Shown piece by piece: positions 36,232 through 50,300 of a DNA stretch of 64,000 nt. The notes under the pieces were generated by a model, which saw only the letters and a program-made list of their open reading frames with translations, made no database searches and was not told where the DNA came from. Position 1 is the stretch's first letter; each line of letters starts with the position of its first letter. A program made the translations under genes and the position numbers. This stretch comes from Bispira polyomma (Eukaryota), in the NCBI GenBank assembly GCA_965649765.1, contig OZ287752.1, positions 65,348,001-65,412,000 of the forward strand. Direction: 5' to 3'.

Positions 36232-39200
36232 TTACCGCGGCCTTATGTAACCTTCGGGCAAGTCCTCATCCTTTAATGTAATCCAGGGTACCCACAGGCC
36301 GCCATGATTAATGGGAAAACCTTTAGGATCCTGGGGCTTGTTGCCGGGGGGCACCGCTGTTTTGCGGTATTCCAGGAGCCGTTCGGTCATTTTTACAACC
36401 ACCTCAGGCATTTTGTCAGCCAGATTGTGATACTCGCACGGGTCGGCTGTTACATTGTACAGACATGGTTTAGCTGAGACATTACAGTTGATGGTGGCAT
36501 CTGGTGGTTTTGGACCACAGTTGACCACATATGGAGTACCTTCTTTGGCTGTTCTGCCAATACTTTGCAGAATATTTTTGAGATCACTCTTAAACATATG
36601 AGTAGGAGCAACTTCTTGATTTATTGAAAAGACTCCACCTTGGCTGTTGAGGCTACCCTTTGCTTCACTGAAAGGCAATGATATAAACTTATTATCACAC
36701 TGGCAGCCGCAGACTTTAATACAAATAGTTAAACCCACATGTTAAAGTTTTTACTCATCCAATAAATCTGTACTGGTACTCAAAGCCAACAATTAACAAA
36801 GTAGTTAATAAATGGATGCAATAAATATATTTGACTTTCAAAAGCACTTATTTCAAAAATCAATGTCAGTATCACATCTTTTACCTAACGGATATTTAAA
36901 TGATATAAATTGTTTAAGCATGTAAAACAAATAATATGATTGACATTCAAAAGCACAAAAATTGTAGAAAATCAAATTTAAAGATCAAAGTATAACAATT
37001 ATTTGGCACTAAATATAAACTTCCTTTTATAGCAGTTTCTGGTGATATCAAAGCATGAGAAAGTGTTTGATGAGGCGAGAACATGATGTTCTAAACCTGG
37101 CTATAGAATGACAACATAGTACAGTATAACCTCTATTTGCTGTACTTGTATTATCTAAATATTTAAGTACATGAACTAACTTTTCCTTTCAATTATCATT
37201 TAACTGTTTTTTTATATTTTCATTATTTTATTCAAAATGTTCTGCAATATACAAATCATAGTTGTTGGGTAATGATGTTAAACTAACAACTGTAAAATAA
37301 TAGTTGTTGAGTGATAATGTTGAACTAAGAACTGTGAAATTAACAGATAAAACATAATTCTAGGTGAAAACTAGTTAGTACATCATCAAATGCTAATAAA
37401 TGATATGGTTACTGTTTCTAACCCTGTGTTAGTGTTCTCCGTCTGATACCACGCCTGCCAGCTGTAAGTGTATCCACGTTTAGCAGAGATCAGCTTCATG
37501 TCCTCTATTCTTAGAGCCCACGATTCCTCACTGTCGTCAATGTTATGTAACATTTCTGTTCTGTACTGCAGTACAGTATGAAAACATACAGAATGGAAAT
37601 GAAAAACATCAGACCATGTCATTGTGGTACTAAATATGATATTCCTCGGCTTCACGTTTTTTTAGAACTAACCCAGACAAACTTTGGCAGCCTCTGGACA
37701 ACCTGGGAGAAAACAATACCCGAGAGCCTATATTTAGAATGTTGGGTCATAAACAGAATACCCACAAATACTTCATTATTAGTATGCTGGGGAAACCATA
37801 TCAGTGAAGGTTAACAACAGGGGTTCAATATACATGTATTTACTAGGGCTGCATCTGTACCGCCGGCATTGTCGGTATCGGACTATTTTATGTGCCGACC
37901 GAGTACAAAAGTCAATGCTGGTATTTCATAACTACAGGCTTTTTACTGTTAACGAACAAGTAACTTTGTGTATTAAATCATAAAAATACTTTTTATGTTA
38001 GAAAATTATTGAAATTTGAGAGTTATTATTACGTTTTAGTTGTTTTTAGGTTATCTTCTATTCTATTAATCTTCTATTACTCAATTATCGATCTCCCATG
38101 GTTTTTAAAAGAATATATGTTATATAGAGTTGAAGTTGGCTGTGATTTTTCTCGCAACTCTCTCTTTCACTATAGAGTGTATAAAATACCTATACTTTAT
38201 CCCCTCATTAAAAATGTAATTACAGTACAGTACAGTAGGAACACAGCACATAAATTATACTAGGTTATAGAAATAATGGTACATTTAATGATTACAGATA
38301 ATAAACAAGTTAAGATAGATTAAACCTAACAAGAACTGTGGATTGTGTGTATTCCATTGAAGGTAATTAGATTAAAACAAATTATATCGCTTTGCTTTTC
38401 AGATAACTTAATCTCTTCGAAATCTTTGCAAACCATTTTTTTTTATTACAATTGTATTTTACAATGAGATGGACAAATATTTTAAGATGAATAAGGAGCA
38501 ACCCTTTATAGCTCAGAGAAATCTGTTTTCAAACAAATTACACCTTGAATTTAACCTATCTTCCAGAAAATTCATTGTGTACAGCATTTTTAGTACTTAG
38601 TATCTTCTGTTTATTTCACTTTGTAAATACCTACACCAGTTGGCTTTGCTTCACTAAGGGTTGACCACTGGTCTATTCCGTCAATAATCTTAGGCAGTGA
38701 ATGCATGTCGTACCCAGCAACACTGAGTAGTGTAGGTAGCCAGTCAATTACCTGTAAACATATTAAAACACATAATACAGTAGAACCCCAGTTATCTGAA
38801 CATCTCTGGGGACACAAGTTTGGTTTGGACAAGCGGGAAGTTCAGATACATGAGAGAGCAACATAGTGGTATGGGAAAAGCTGAAAAACATTTATAATTA
38901 TACCATGAGTTTGACTGCAAAACATTTCTTCTGCCCAATTTAAAAATGTTATGTTATATTTTTATAAAAAAATAACTTATCATCTGTCTTACATATTTTA
39001 TTATTCTGATGTTTATATTCAAGACTGAAAATGTTGGTACTGTATTGTGAAAAATTTTATTTCTAATTGAATACAGTAGAACGTTTAACATTTAATGCAT
39101 ACTAGGTCATGAAGACACACACAGAAGCTGTATTGATTTTTAGCTAATCTGCTCCATTTAGTGTTGATGATACAGTATATCAGCATTTGACTGTGAAGCC

Positions 39201-41596
39201 ACCTGGTGTTGTCCCTTTTTATTTGATTAGTGGTACACACAGGCCCTGCCTTGATGGTTTGCAATAAGCTTTTATAACACAAATAAATGCTGTACAATAA
39301 AAGAAATAATAAACCTTCAAACAAGAAGAGGTGTTCGTTGTTTCTAGTGCTTTGTGTTATGTAGTTTAACCTATTGTCAGAATATTTCGGTTTATATTTT
39401 AAAAATTGGGGGAAATCATATCGGATTAGAGTTTTGGACGAACCAAAGTAAAAAATCAGGGTTATATAATACATGTGTAAAAACCAACCACCACAACATT
39501 ACAGAGCTTCAGTAACACTAGTAAGTCCTTGCAGACATCCAGGTTCAAATTAGTCCAAATTACTTTAGCATGGATTACGGCTGTTATTGGTAATCCGTGG
39601 CTGTTGCATCCTTGGTTCCTCCTGCTACGTGTGACCTGGGGTGGGTTTCACCAAACCTCTTTAAGATAAATGTCTCCATAAATTTACGTTTTTCTTTGAT
39701 TTCCCCCTTCCTTTGGTAATGTGCCTTTCACCAACCCTCCTTAAATTCAAGGAGACTTTAATAATTAGAGCTCCTTCCTTTAATCATAAGGAAACCTCTT
39801 TGCTTTAAAAGGGGAGTTTTACAACACATCCTTGAATTAAAGGAGCTCTAAAATTGAAGTTTTCTTCCTTAAATCTTAAGGAAACTTATAAGTTACCTTA
39901 GTTTCCTCTTTTAAATAAGTTGTCAAATATTTTTTCAATCTATGCATATATTTTATGCTGTTTTTGCCTGTTTATTATTTGTAAGTGTTATAAAAAACAT
40001 GTAAGAAAGAAATAGTTGCTGACGTTATTTTAAGAAAGGAGCAAACTAAGGAGGTTTGGTAAAACTGGTCCCTGAACTGAAAGAACCTAAAGTTGTGCAT
40101 GCTAATGTTTTTATTAAGTGCCATACCTGGATCATTATATGTGACGTGAACCCAGAATTTTGCAGCAAGGGACTCCATATGAAGCCATCACCATGGACAC
40201 CACCTTCCCACAGCCCGGCCTTGGTACCTCTGAAGAAAGAGTATGTGAAAACATATATATATATATATATATATAATTGAAGCATTTACAGAGTACCAAA
40301 TTGATGAGAACATCATCCAAGGCGCTGATATCGAAAAAGGGAAAGTCCAGGGTCAAGTAAAATGTTGTTACAAACAAGAGGAGAATGGCCTGGCAGCCAT
40401 ATCATGTTAATGCCACTACAAAGCAAAATTCAAAGTAAAATCTGAAACATATGTATAAACAACCGAATCGCCTTAAAACATGTTTTGATAATTTATTTTT
40501 CACATAAGTTTTATTTAAAACCTGATAAAAACAATTTTTTATATATTTTGGTAGTTCACAAAAGTTGGTTTGTTTACCTACAAAATTATCGGGTTTATTG
40601 ACAGCTCTAGAAACGACCAAACCATAATTTTTTTTCCAATTTTAATATTTTTATTTTTAGCTGTTATAGCTTGCAAAACGTCCGAAATTAGTATAGTCCG
40701 AAGATAGTGAACCACTAGTTACTATCCCTATAAACAATAGAAAGTACTGGTCATCAGTACAGAAGCCACTATAGCACCCCAAACAAATCTATCACTTAAA
40801 TTAATTCCTTGCTAATCAAAGCCCATGTTTAATCTAATTACAGGTGTTTTTTTTACTAAACTGTCGCTGTTCTATGCACAAACACTTTACAAATCACAAA
40901 AGGTATACACAGATTAATTAATTTAATCACACTTACTTGAATCCTTTAATAATCTAAATCACAAAAGGTAAATAAAATAGCACTCAGCTAAAATGGCGTA
41001 TAAGTTTTAAGCTTATAAATATAATACACATATATAAATAGTCAGAGAATAAATTTATTTGTTTCCAGGGGATATATTATTTTGCAAGGGGATACAAAAA
41101 TTTGGCAAGCCCCCTTGCCATATTTTGCTTCCCCACACACTTTTTTTTATGCGTTACACTGGTACACTTAGTTCAATTATAATTGTTACCAAACAAGAAA
41201 AATATATTTCCTACCATCAAAAACCATCCATTTTTTACCCCATATGGTTTATTCCTATTGTGACACATATAGCTTCTGTAATTTTTATCCTTTAAAATAT
41301 TCCAGTTAACCTGTATGCAATATATTGGGTTCACCATATATATTTTTTGTCAGCTTGATACAGTAAGGAATCTAAAATTTGCTCCTGTATCTAAAATTCG
41401 CCACCCCTAATAATTAAGCCAAATAAATAAAATCTGGCCAAAAATAACTGATAAGGAAGGCAAATTATTCATAAAAATATTAATTTAAGCAAACATTTAC
41501 CACAATTCTACCCAAAACACAACATTTTCTAGGTTGCAAATTTCAGATGGTGGCAAATTTTATATCCCTTACAGCCACAACCATCCATCAACTAAA

Positions 41597-41666
<70 letters not shown>

Positions 41667-44600
41667 TCCCAAACCTAATGTTTGTCATGTATATTATATA
41701 TTCCTTTTGAAACCATTTGAAATGGAACCTTCAATCAAATCTGAAGATCCCAATATATAAAACTTAAATAACTTGTACTATACTGCATATAATCACACCA
41801 AATTAATTTTGGACCAACTAAAGACCAAACAGTGTATATATACCAAATTTAAGAGCACAACTCTTTACAGATTCAGAGATTACCCTGTTGACACGTTGTA
41901 ACCATGCATAACCAAGGTTCTTCAACTATTTCCTTTCTCCAGGAAAGCATGATTATGCCAATAAGCATTGGCATAATCATGCAAAAAGCATCCACTAGGG
42001 AAGGGTGACTAAAGAGGGGGTAGGCCAGTATGAAAAGGTAGGTTTTAAGATGGCTTCTTTAACCCAGTGATTTTATCCTATGATCTGAAAGTCTGTAGGA
42101 GTAGTATGTGGAAGTCTTAAACAGTAAATAACTGAAGTGTACGGCATCTAAACTTTGCTGTACCCCCTAAACTTCTCCCCCTTGTTGTTTGAAACTTATT
42201 CCTGGAATCTGTAAAGGAAACCAAAACTGAAGTACTATAATCCACCAGCCTACGGAAAGTAGAGTTGTACTAAGTTGTAGCGTCAAATAATTTCACATAA
42301 TTTACCCCCATTAGTACATTAAAATTAAATCTTTCACTCGAACTTGTAACTTTTAAATTTAAAAGTGAAAGTGAGTTTGTTATGGTATATAATATAAAAC
42401 AAGAGAAAACATTAGCTTTAGTTAAAGCATTCACAGTAGAACTTCTATTGTCTAAATATTTGATTTGATGAACTAAATTTTACTTTAGCAACATTGTAAT
42501 TTTCTTACGTTCTGCAAAAAAATAATTCTTCTTTTTTTTTTATTATTCTATAATCGAAACAGATTACCTGGATCAATCTCCCCTAGTGTTCCGATAATAG
42601 ATTATACTGTATAAGTTCTGCATAAATTAAACCTTTATTTTTACATTAGACACATTCACTATTATACAATCTGTTGGTCTGAAGACTATGAGCTATAAAG
42701 TTGTGAGGGACTCCATATGAAGCCATCACCATGGACACCACCTTCCCACAGCCCGGCCTTGGTACCTCTGAAGAAAGAGTATGTGAAAACATATATATAT
42801 ATAATTGAAGCATTTACAGAGCACCAAATTGATGAGAACATCATCCAAGGCGCTGATATCGATAAAGGGAAAGTCCAGGGTCAAGTAAAATGTTGTTACA
42901 AACAAGAGGAGAATGGCCTGGCGGCCATATCATGTTAATGCCACTACAAAGCAAAATTCAAAGTAAAATCTGAAACATATGTATAAACAACCGAATCGCC
43001 TTAAAACATGTCTTGATAATTTATTTTTCACATAAGTTTGCTTTAAAACCTGATAAAAACAATTTTTTATATATTTTGGTAGCTCACAAAAGTTGGTTTG
43101 TTTACCTACAAAATTATCGGGTTTATTGACAGCTCTAGAAACGACCAAACCATAATTTTTTTAAAGTTACAAAAGAATATTGTATAGTAAGCAAACTTAA
43201 TGCAGGAGTTTACAATGTTTTGAGATGTATGACAACTGTGAGATTAGCCTATCAATATTTTAGGCTGCATATAAAGCCATTCTTACCTGAGTGGCTCATT
43301 ACTTGCATAATTCATGTCAAACCCATTAGGAGGCCCTCCATTATCAGTGGAAAAGACAATGACAGAATTCTCTAACATGCCTTTGTTGTGTAAGGCTTTG
43401 GTGATGTTGCCTACTGCACTGTCCAGGCAAGATACCATAGCTAGAATGGATAGTATAGGAATATTGTATAGTAAGCAAACTTAATGCAGGAGTTTACAAT
43501 GTTTTGAGATGTATGACAACTGTCCAGACTCCAGACAAGATACAATGGTTACAAATATTAACTGGTAATCTTAAACTAAATGAATGATACAAACTCTATT
43601 ATCCAAACTTCTCTAATTTCTAAAATATTTGTTCTTCAGGAAAGTTTTTTCTTGTTTATATTTTCACAATTCATGCTTCTATAGTTTCAAAAAAATATAT
43701 TACACTTCCATACATTTAAATCTCTATCAGAGATTACCTATTTTCATAACCAATCTCTTTTAACAGGAGGAGTTGGGAAGTGCCAAAAATTGGCCAGAAT
43801 TTTAACACAGTCAAACTCAGATCAACTTTGATGGATGCTTGTTGGGTTTAGTATTTGCACGAATAAGCATTCTGATAAACAATTTGGGTGGTGGATACAA
43901 AAGTTTTGACAAAAAGAAAACATTTCAAAACCAATGCTAATCACAAACTAAACTGAATTAAGGAGGGTTTAATTTTATAATATTAGAACTAATTTTGATC
44001 CATACCTGCAAACATCCTTCTCTTTTTATTCTGTATGTATGAGAATTTCTCATAGTATTCATAAGGAGCCTCCAGGGGTTGCCAGGAATTCGAGCTGTGA
44101 ACAGCTTGGAATGGTAGATACAGGAACAGAGGCTGTTCAAAATACAGCCAAAACCACTATTATCCGAACTCTGAATATCTCTGCTATCTGATAATTTCAA
44201 CCATATAAATTCATTTTCACTATACCAAATCAATGTTACCCAATTGTTTCATACTGATGCCCCTTGTACTTTTATTAACCAAATATAAAAACACACAGAC
44301 AAAAACTAAAACTAGAAAATAGTTTTGATAACAAAATCGAAGCGTCCCTATAGTTAAATTAATAATGAAATTGTTTAGTGTACAAGGTTTGACATTGTTT
44401 AAAAGCTGACATATAAGCAGAATCAGCACTTTTGGTAAAATATAACCTCGAAATCGCTCTATCTAGCACCATTTCCGAGATAACAGACGTTTTCTAAAAA
44501 GAAGCAGAAATTTAAGATGGTTGCCCAAATCAAAAATTACTTCAAAAGTTTACATATAAGGAAAATCAGCCCTGGGGGTAGAAAATGAGCTTGAAATCGC

Positions 44601-47241
44601 TCTATCTAGCACCGTTTCTGAGATAAAGGACATTTCCGAAAAAGACGCAGAAATTCAAGATGGCCGCCAAAATTGAACATTTTTATAAAAGTATAAATAT
44701 AAGCAAAAACAACCCTAAGGGTCAAAAATGAGCTCGAAAACGCTCTATCTAGCGCCATTTTCGAGATAACAGATATTTTCGAAAAATATGCAGAAATTCA
44801 AGGTGGCCACAAAAATTGCGATTTTTTGAAGTTTACACAAAAGAAGAAATCAGCTCAGTGAGTTGAAAATGAGCTTGAAATTGAAATTGCTCTATCTAGC
44901 ACCATTTCCGAGATTAAGGACATTTTCGAAAAAGACGCAGAAATTCAAGATGGCCGCAAAAATCGAACATTTTTTTAAAGTTTACAGATAAGCGCAATCA
45001 ACCCTGTGGATTGAAAATGAGCTCGAAATCGCTCTATCTAGCACCGTTTCCGAGATAACGGACATTTTCGAAAAAGTCCCAGAAATTCAAGATGGCCACC
45101 AAAATCGAACATTTTTTCAAAAGTTTACATATAAGCAAAATCAACCTTATGGGTTGAAAATGAGCTCGAAATCGCTCTATCTAGCCCCGTTTCCGAGATA
45201 ACAGACATTTTCGAAAAAGTTGCAGAAATTCAAGATAGCCGCCAAAATTGAAATTTTTTTTGAAAGTTTACATATAAGCAAAATCAACCCTGTGGGTTGA
45301 AAATGAGCTCGAAATCGCTCTATCTAGCACCGTTTTCGAGATAATGGACCTTTAAAAAAAAACCTTAATTCTTAAAATTTTTTGGATGGGGTAAAAAATA
45401 AATAAAAATTCAGGCTATTCTTTAAAAGTTACGCACTGCATGTACTGGTCTAAAATTAAAAACAAAAAAAATCCTCACACGCTCAAAAAAGCACCCATCA
45501 ACACATTTTTTTCCCCATTTTGTATGATTGATAGACCCTGTCAATCAGTCAATTATCACCAGATTGATCTAAAAATATACGGACATCTATGTTTTGGTAT
45601 TTGCAATGTGCATGCTAAATTTCATTGAACTATGACAAGTACTTCAAAAGAAAAGTTGATAAAAGTGCAAGACAGAGCAAAATAGAGCAAAATACTCATT
45701 TGAAGTACTCAGTACTCATTGAGTACTGGACTTAGAACTGTGAGATTTTTACATCATACATAAAATCAAAAAGTAGATGAATAACTTATACCAAGAAAAA
45801 GCCAAAATCCCAATAGTTTCCGAGATAGCAAAAAAGTACCGATTTTCGCATTTCAATAACAAGAGGAGAATGGCCTGGCGGCCATATCATGATAATGCCA
45901 CTACAAAGCAAGCTACGGATGAGTCCGAAAATAGCGAACCAGAAACTAGTTAACAGTTTGAAATGGATTTCGAGAGCCATCTACTGTGGGTACCTGGTAA
46001 GTTAAACCAAAGGGAAAAATTCAAATCTGAGACATTTGTGTATAAACAACCGAATCACATAAAAAAGGTTTTGATAATTTTTTTTTTTGATAATTTATTT
46101 TTTACACAAGAGAATGACCAGTTTGCTATGTGCAAGTGTGAGGCTCAATTTCTGGGCTGCAAAACTGCGACTAAATAGAAAGATGATTTTCTGATATAGG
46201 TGTTGTTACACGAAACAAATATTTTAAGTGAATTATTCTTATAGATCAAACCATTTGGTCACAGGTCCAGTAAACCACCGCTGATACTATATCATACTTT
46301 ATGAATAAACCTCCAACAACCTACCACATTAGAAAAGACATAATTAATAGCTATTAAAAAATAATAACAAAAATGTTGAATATAAAACCTCCAAAATGTT
46401 TTATTTTACAATTTTATGTACAAAGTATTGTATAGCTGTTCTATATTATTTTCACACACAAACAGAACAAAAGTTGTCTTCCATGTACGTAGTATGTATA
46501 AAGTTTCATTAGAAATCCCCCCCCCCCCCGCCTCTCAAAGTTTTCTGGCTTTTGTACAAGTCCCCCACCCCCGTCCAAGTTTTCTGGCTTTTGTACTGGT
46601 ACAGATTGCCCTTTCCATTTCCTTTCCAAGGTTCTTCCGTGGAGAGTTGTATTACTGTATACTGCTTGTAAAAATAGGATTCATGCCATTGTTGCATCAT
46701 TTTTAAAGTCATATTTTTGTAGGGTGAGTAAAGGTTTGTATTGATGTTTTAAAGTGTAAAAAAATAAAAGTATAGTGATTTAAGGTAAATAGACAATTTA
46801 GTTTAAGTTCAGTTTAATAGATATTTATGTTGTGTTCAAATTAATGAAAAGAACCAACAAAGAAAAAAATAAACCAACTATGACCTGGACACACATTGTG
46901 ACCATCTGTGTATGTATATGAGAAGGGAGGTGTTTGTCTTTGCCTTACTTTTACAGCAGTACACTGATTGTCAAAATTATGTTTTGTTATAAGTGCTTCA
47001 ATTTTTAATGCCAGTTTTTATAGTAAAGGTAGAAGTAAATATTTGTGTTGTTGTTTTAAATGTACACTAATAAAATGATTGCTTTAAGCTCAAAGCATTT
47101 TTAATATATAAATATATATATGATTAGATTGTATGAAATTCATAAAAAATTATCAAAACAGTAAAAAAAATTAAAGCAATTATAATCAAGCCAAATATTG
47201 TGACCAGCAGTATATGTAGAACTGACAAGTGTAAACCCCAG

Positions 47242-47307
<66 letters not shown>

Positions 47308-50300
47308 TTTGATCTCTAGGCTGTGATGTTATTCACTTGTTTTACCAAACATTGTATACAGACACAGACACACACATACATAGAATACAATGCCAGTCAT
47401 GGTGTTTAGTGTGGTAGAGGACCCTTCAATCAAATCTGATAATCTCAATATATAAAACTTGATTAACTTCTACTATACTGCATATAATCACGCCAAATTA
47501 ATTTTGGACCAACTAGAGACCAAAAAGTGTACATATACCAAAACTCCCTACAGATTCAGAGATTACCCTATTGACAGGACGTAACCATGTGTAACCAAGG
47601 GTCTTCCATTGTACACTTTTCTATCTCCAGGAAAACATGATTATGCCAATAAGCATTGGCATAATCATGCAAAAATCAATCGGTTGGCAATCGGTCAATT
47701 ATCATCTGATTAATCTCATCAGCGTCTCCCATCCTGAAAATTGCCTTACCAAGGTACATACCAAATTTCATTGAGCTATGATGAATACTTTCCCAGAAAA
47801 CCTAGTCACAAGCACTTTTACACCCCCAGGGTCACTTGACATATAAGTAAGCCAAAGTTCAAAGCCAAGAATATGAAAAAAATTTCCCACTCCTGTGTAA
47901 GAGAACTGCCAAAAATAATTTTGATGCAGATAATATTGAAGGAGATATTCAAGGAAGACCATGCGGCGGCGGCACAGGTGGCGGCGGCGAGGAAACCAGG
48001 GGTGAAACTAAATAAGCGCCCTTTTCAAGGGACGCTTAATAAGTATCAGACCTTTCCAATTTAGAAGAAGAGCTTAATGCCGACTGCTAATATCAACTAA
48101 AAGCGTACTCAGTATAGGATGTGGCTCTGCGAAGTTGTTACAGAGAAATAAGAAAATGAAACAAAAATGACGGTATCTTATCAATATACCGTTCTATGCA
48201 GATCTGCTTCAAAATGTAGTCGATTCTTCCTTGGCCTAGTAGTTTTGTGTAATTCTCTTGACAAAAACTAACCAACCAAAAGACGCAGGCAAAGATATAT
48301 AACCTCCTCAGTAGAGGGTAAATTTGATAATTCTAAAAATGCACCCGACTGACTGTAATTTTACCTCAGACGTATTGTGTTCTGTGATGACCTTCTCTGC
48401 TTCATTGGTGAACAGCTCTGTGGAATACTTCCCATAATCCGTCTTCACCACTTCATTATTCCGATGAAAGTCCAAACCCCAAGTTTCTTTCTTTGAAGAT
48501 AAAAACACAGAATTCAATTTATCTAACGAAAAAAAGACAACTGCTTATTGAAACCTATTACCTGATGGTATTTTACTATTTTTATACTCAACAATGTATA
48601 CTATATAAAAATAATACAAATCTCTTTTTATTTCTGTATAATTTACAATATTTTACTCATAATAAAAAACATATTTATTTATAAACTTTATAAATATTTT
48701 TTTTATCACAACAGGTAAACAGGTTTTAATTAGAGTCAAATATATTATATAAAATAAATATAAAACAATTCACAATATTTTACTTATACTAAACATATTT
48801 ATTTATAAAGTTTAGTTTACTTTACAAAGATTGTTTTTATCACAACAGTCAAACAGGTTTTAATTCACAAGTCAAATACTTAAATATGTAAATATACATT
48901 ATTTTAAAATTAGGTGCCAGTATCCAAATAAGAAAGCAACTTACTACACATGCAGACAGAGTTTATCATAAAAACTGTGAAACCGCCAAAAGTCGACGAG
49001 GTAAATATCTTGTATTATCGCTCACTTAAGCCGATGACTTAATAAAATATTACCCTACAAACATTCGTCTTCAAAGACAAAGTTCACAGGTCTGGCATCT
49101 CATTGAATGCATTATTTTATTTAATAGTAGAATCTTTTGTATTTTGACAATTTCATTGTAGTTTTGATTAATTAATGGCATAGGTGTAGTATAAAGCCAT
49201 TTCATTGGCTGAGAAGATGGAGTTGAAGAAATTAAAAGGAATTGAAGCAACTTTGTGTATATTTGAGGTAATATTTGACTTAATTTTTATCATTTTATTT
49301 TTAATCCAGGAAATTCTTCAATTATTACTACTTCCATATTCATCATACATAAAATATTGTTTAAAACTGATGTTTGTTTTGTAATACTGTCTTAAATAGG
49401 TGCATTAACAATATTATTGATTTCTAACATCTGGGCCTATATATATATACAGATACTTGCTAGTTAATTTACGGAGTACTGCTCTGATGAATCGATTGTT
49501 TTTTCTTTTCCATAGTCCTCGGCCCACAAAATGCTTATATTTGGAATTTCAATTTAAAACTTGCCAGGGAAGTTAGTAAAAATAATGTCCTAAGAAGCAA
49601 AATCATATACAGTAGCATTATGAGAGGAGCAGAAGCGAAGCTTCTCAGGTAATAAAAACAACAACAAACACATTTGACATTATTGTATTATCCGTTTATA
49701 TCAGCACATTAAACGCTCAGGCTTCCAGGGTTTCCCCTTTAGCTTAACTGTTAGTGTACTGGATTATTAATCTAAAGATTAATGACAACCTAGAATCAAA
49801 TCTCATTTAGTAGTAAGCCTCTTTGTAAGTTTACAGCGGAGTCAAGTTATTTCTGTAGTTTACATTATAAAACATGTCTCAAAGAGTGTATTAGGAACAT
49901 CCCTATACAGAGCACCAAATCATAATAATTGGGATCTAACGAACATCAATAATATTAATACACAAGTGTGTTTAAGGGCTTGTGGGAGTTTTAGGCGACT
50001 ATTTTCATATTCATGGAAACCTTGAAATCTAGAATTAATTAATGCTATTTACTCAACTTATACTACATATTTACAAATATTTGCATTTTTGTTATTGAAA
50101 ATCACAATTGTCGACTTCTACTACTGTCACACATCACAACAATGTCAAAAATGTGGTAAAACACATCAGTATAATATGAATTTTCATGATGTCACTCAAA
50201 ATGTTAGACTAAATACAGAAAGAATCAGGTCATACTTTTATTTTGTAATGTTAGTATTGGAATATCTCATTCCAAACCATTTTTCTCCAATCATTGGCAA

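Larger units (their letters stand above)
44310..48040 (-). mobile_element. Helentron/HINE (DINE-1-like) element, family 1, carrying a satellite array and a nested family-2 element
   Basis: subTIR aagcgtccct (44340-44349) is inverted at agggacgctt (48028-48037), with a partial inverted copy at 48014-48023. It also has a (gcg)n tract at ~47963-47989, a short hairpin ttttg-ataa-caaaa and an aactag terminus at ~44310-44336. Confidence 0.7.

Noticed and set aside
36668-36738. N-terminal part of ORF 36232-36738 as an independent gene start
   Set aside because: Intron read-through upstream of the acceptor at 36669/36668; the rest is the last sulfatase exon.
44440-45350. Regularly spaced conserved motif resembling a repeat-spacer array
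   Set aside because: The intervening sequences are homologous to each other, so this is an ordinary satellite.
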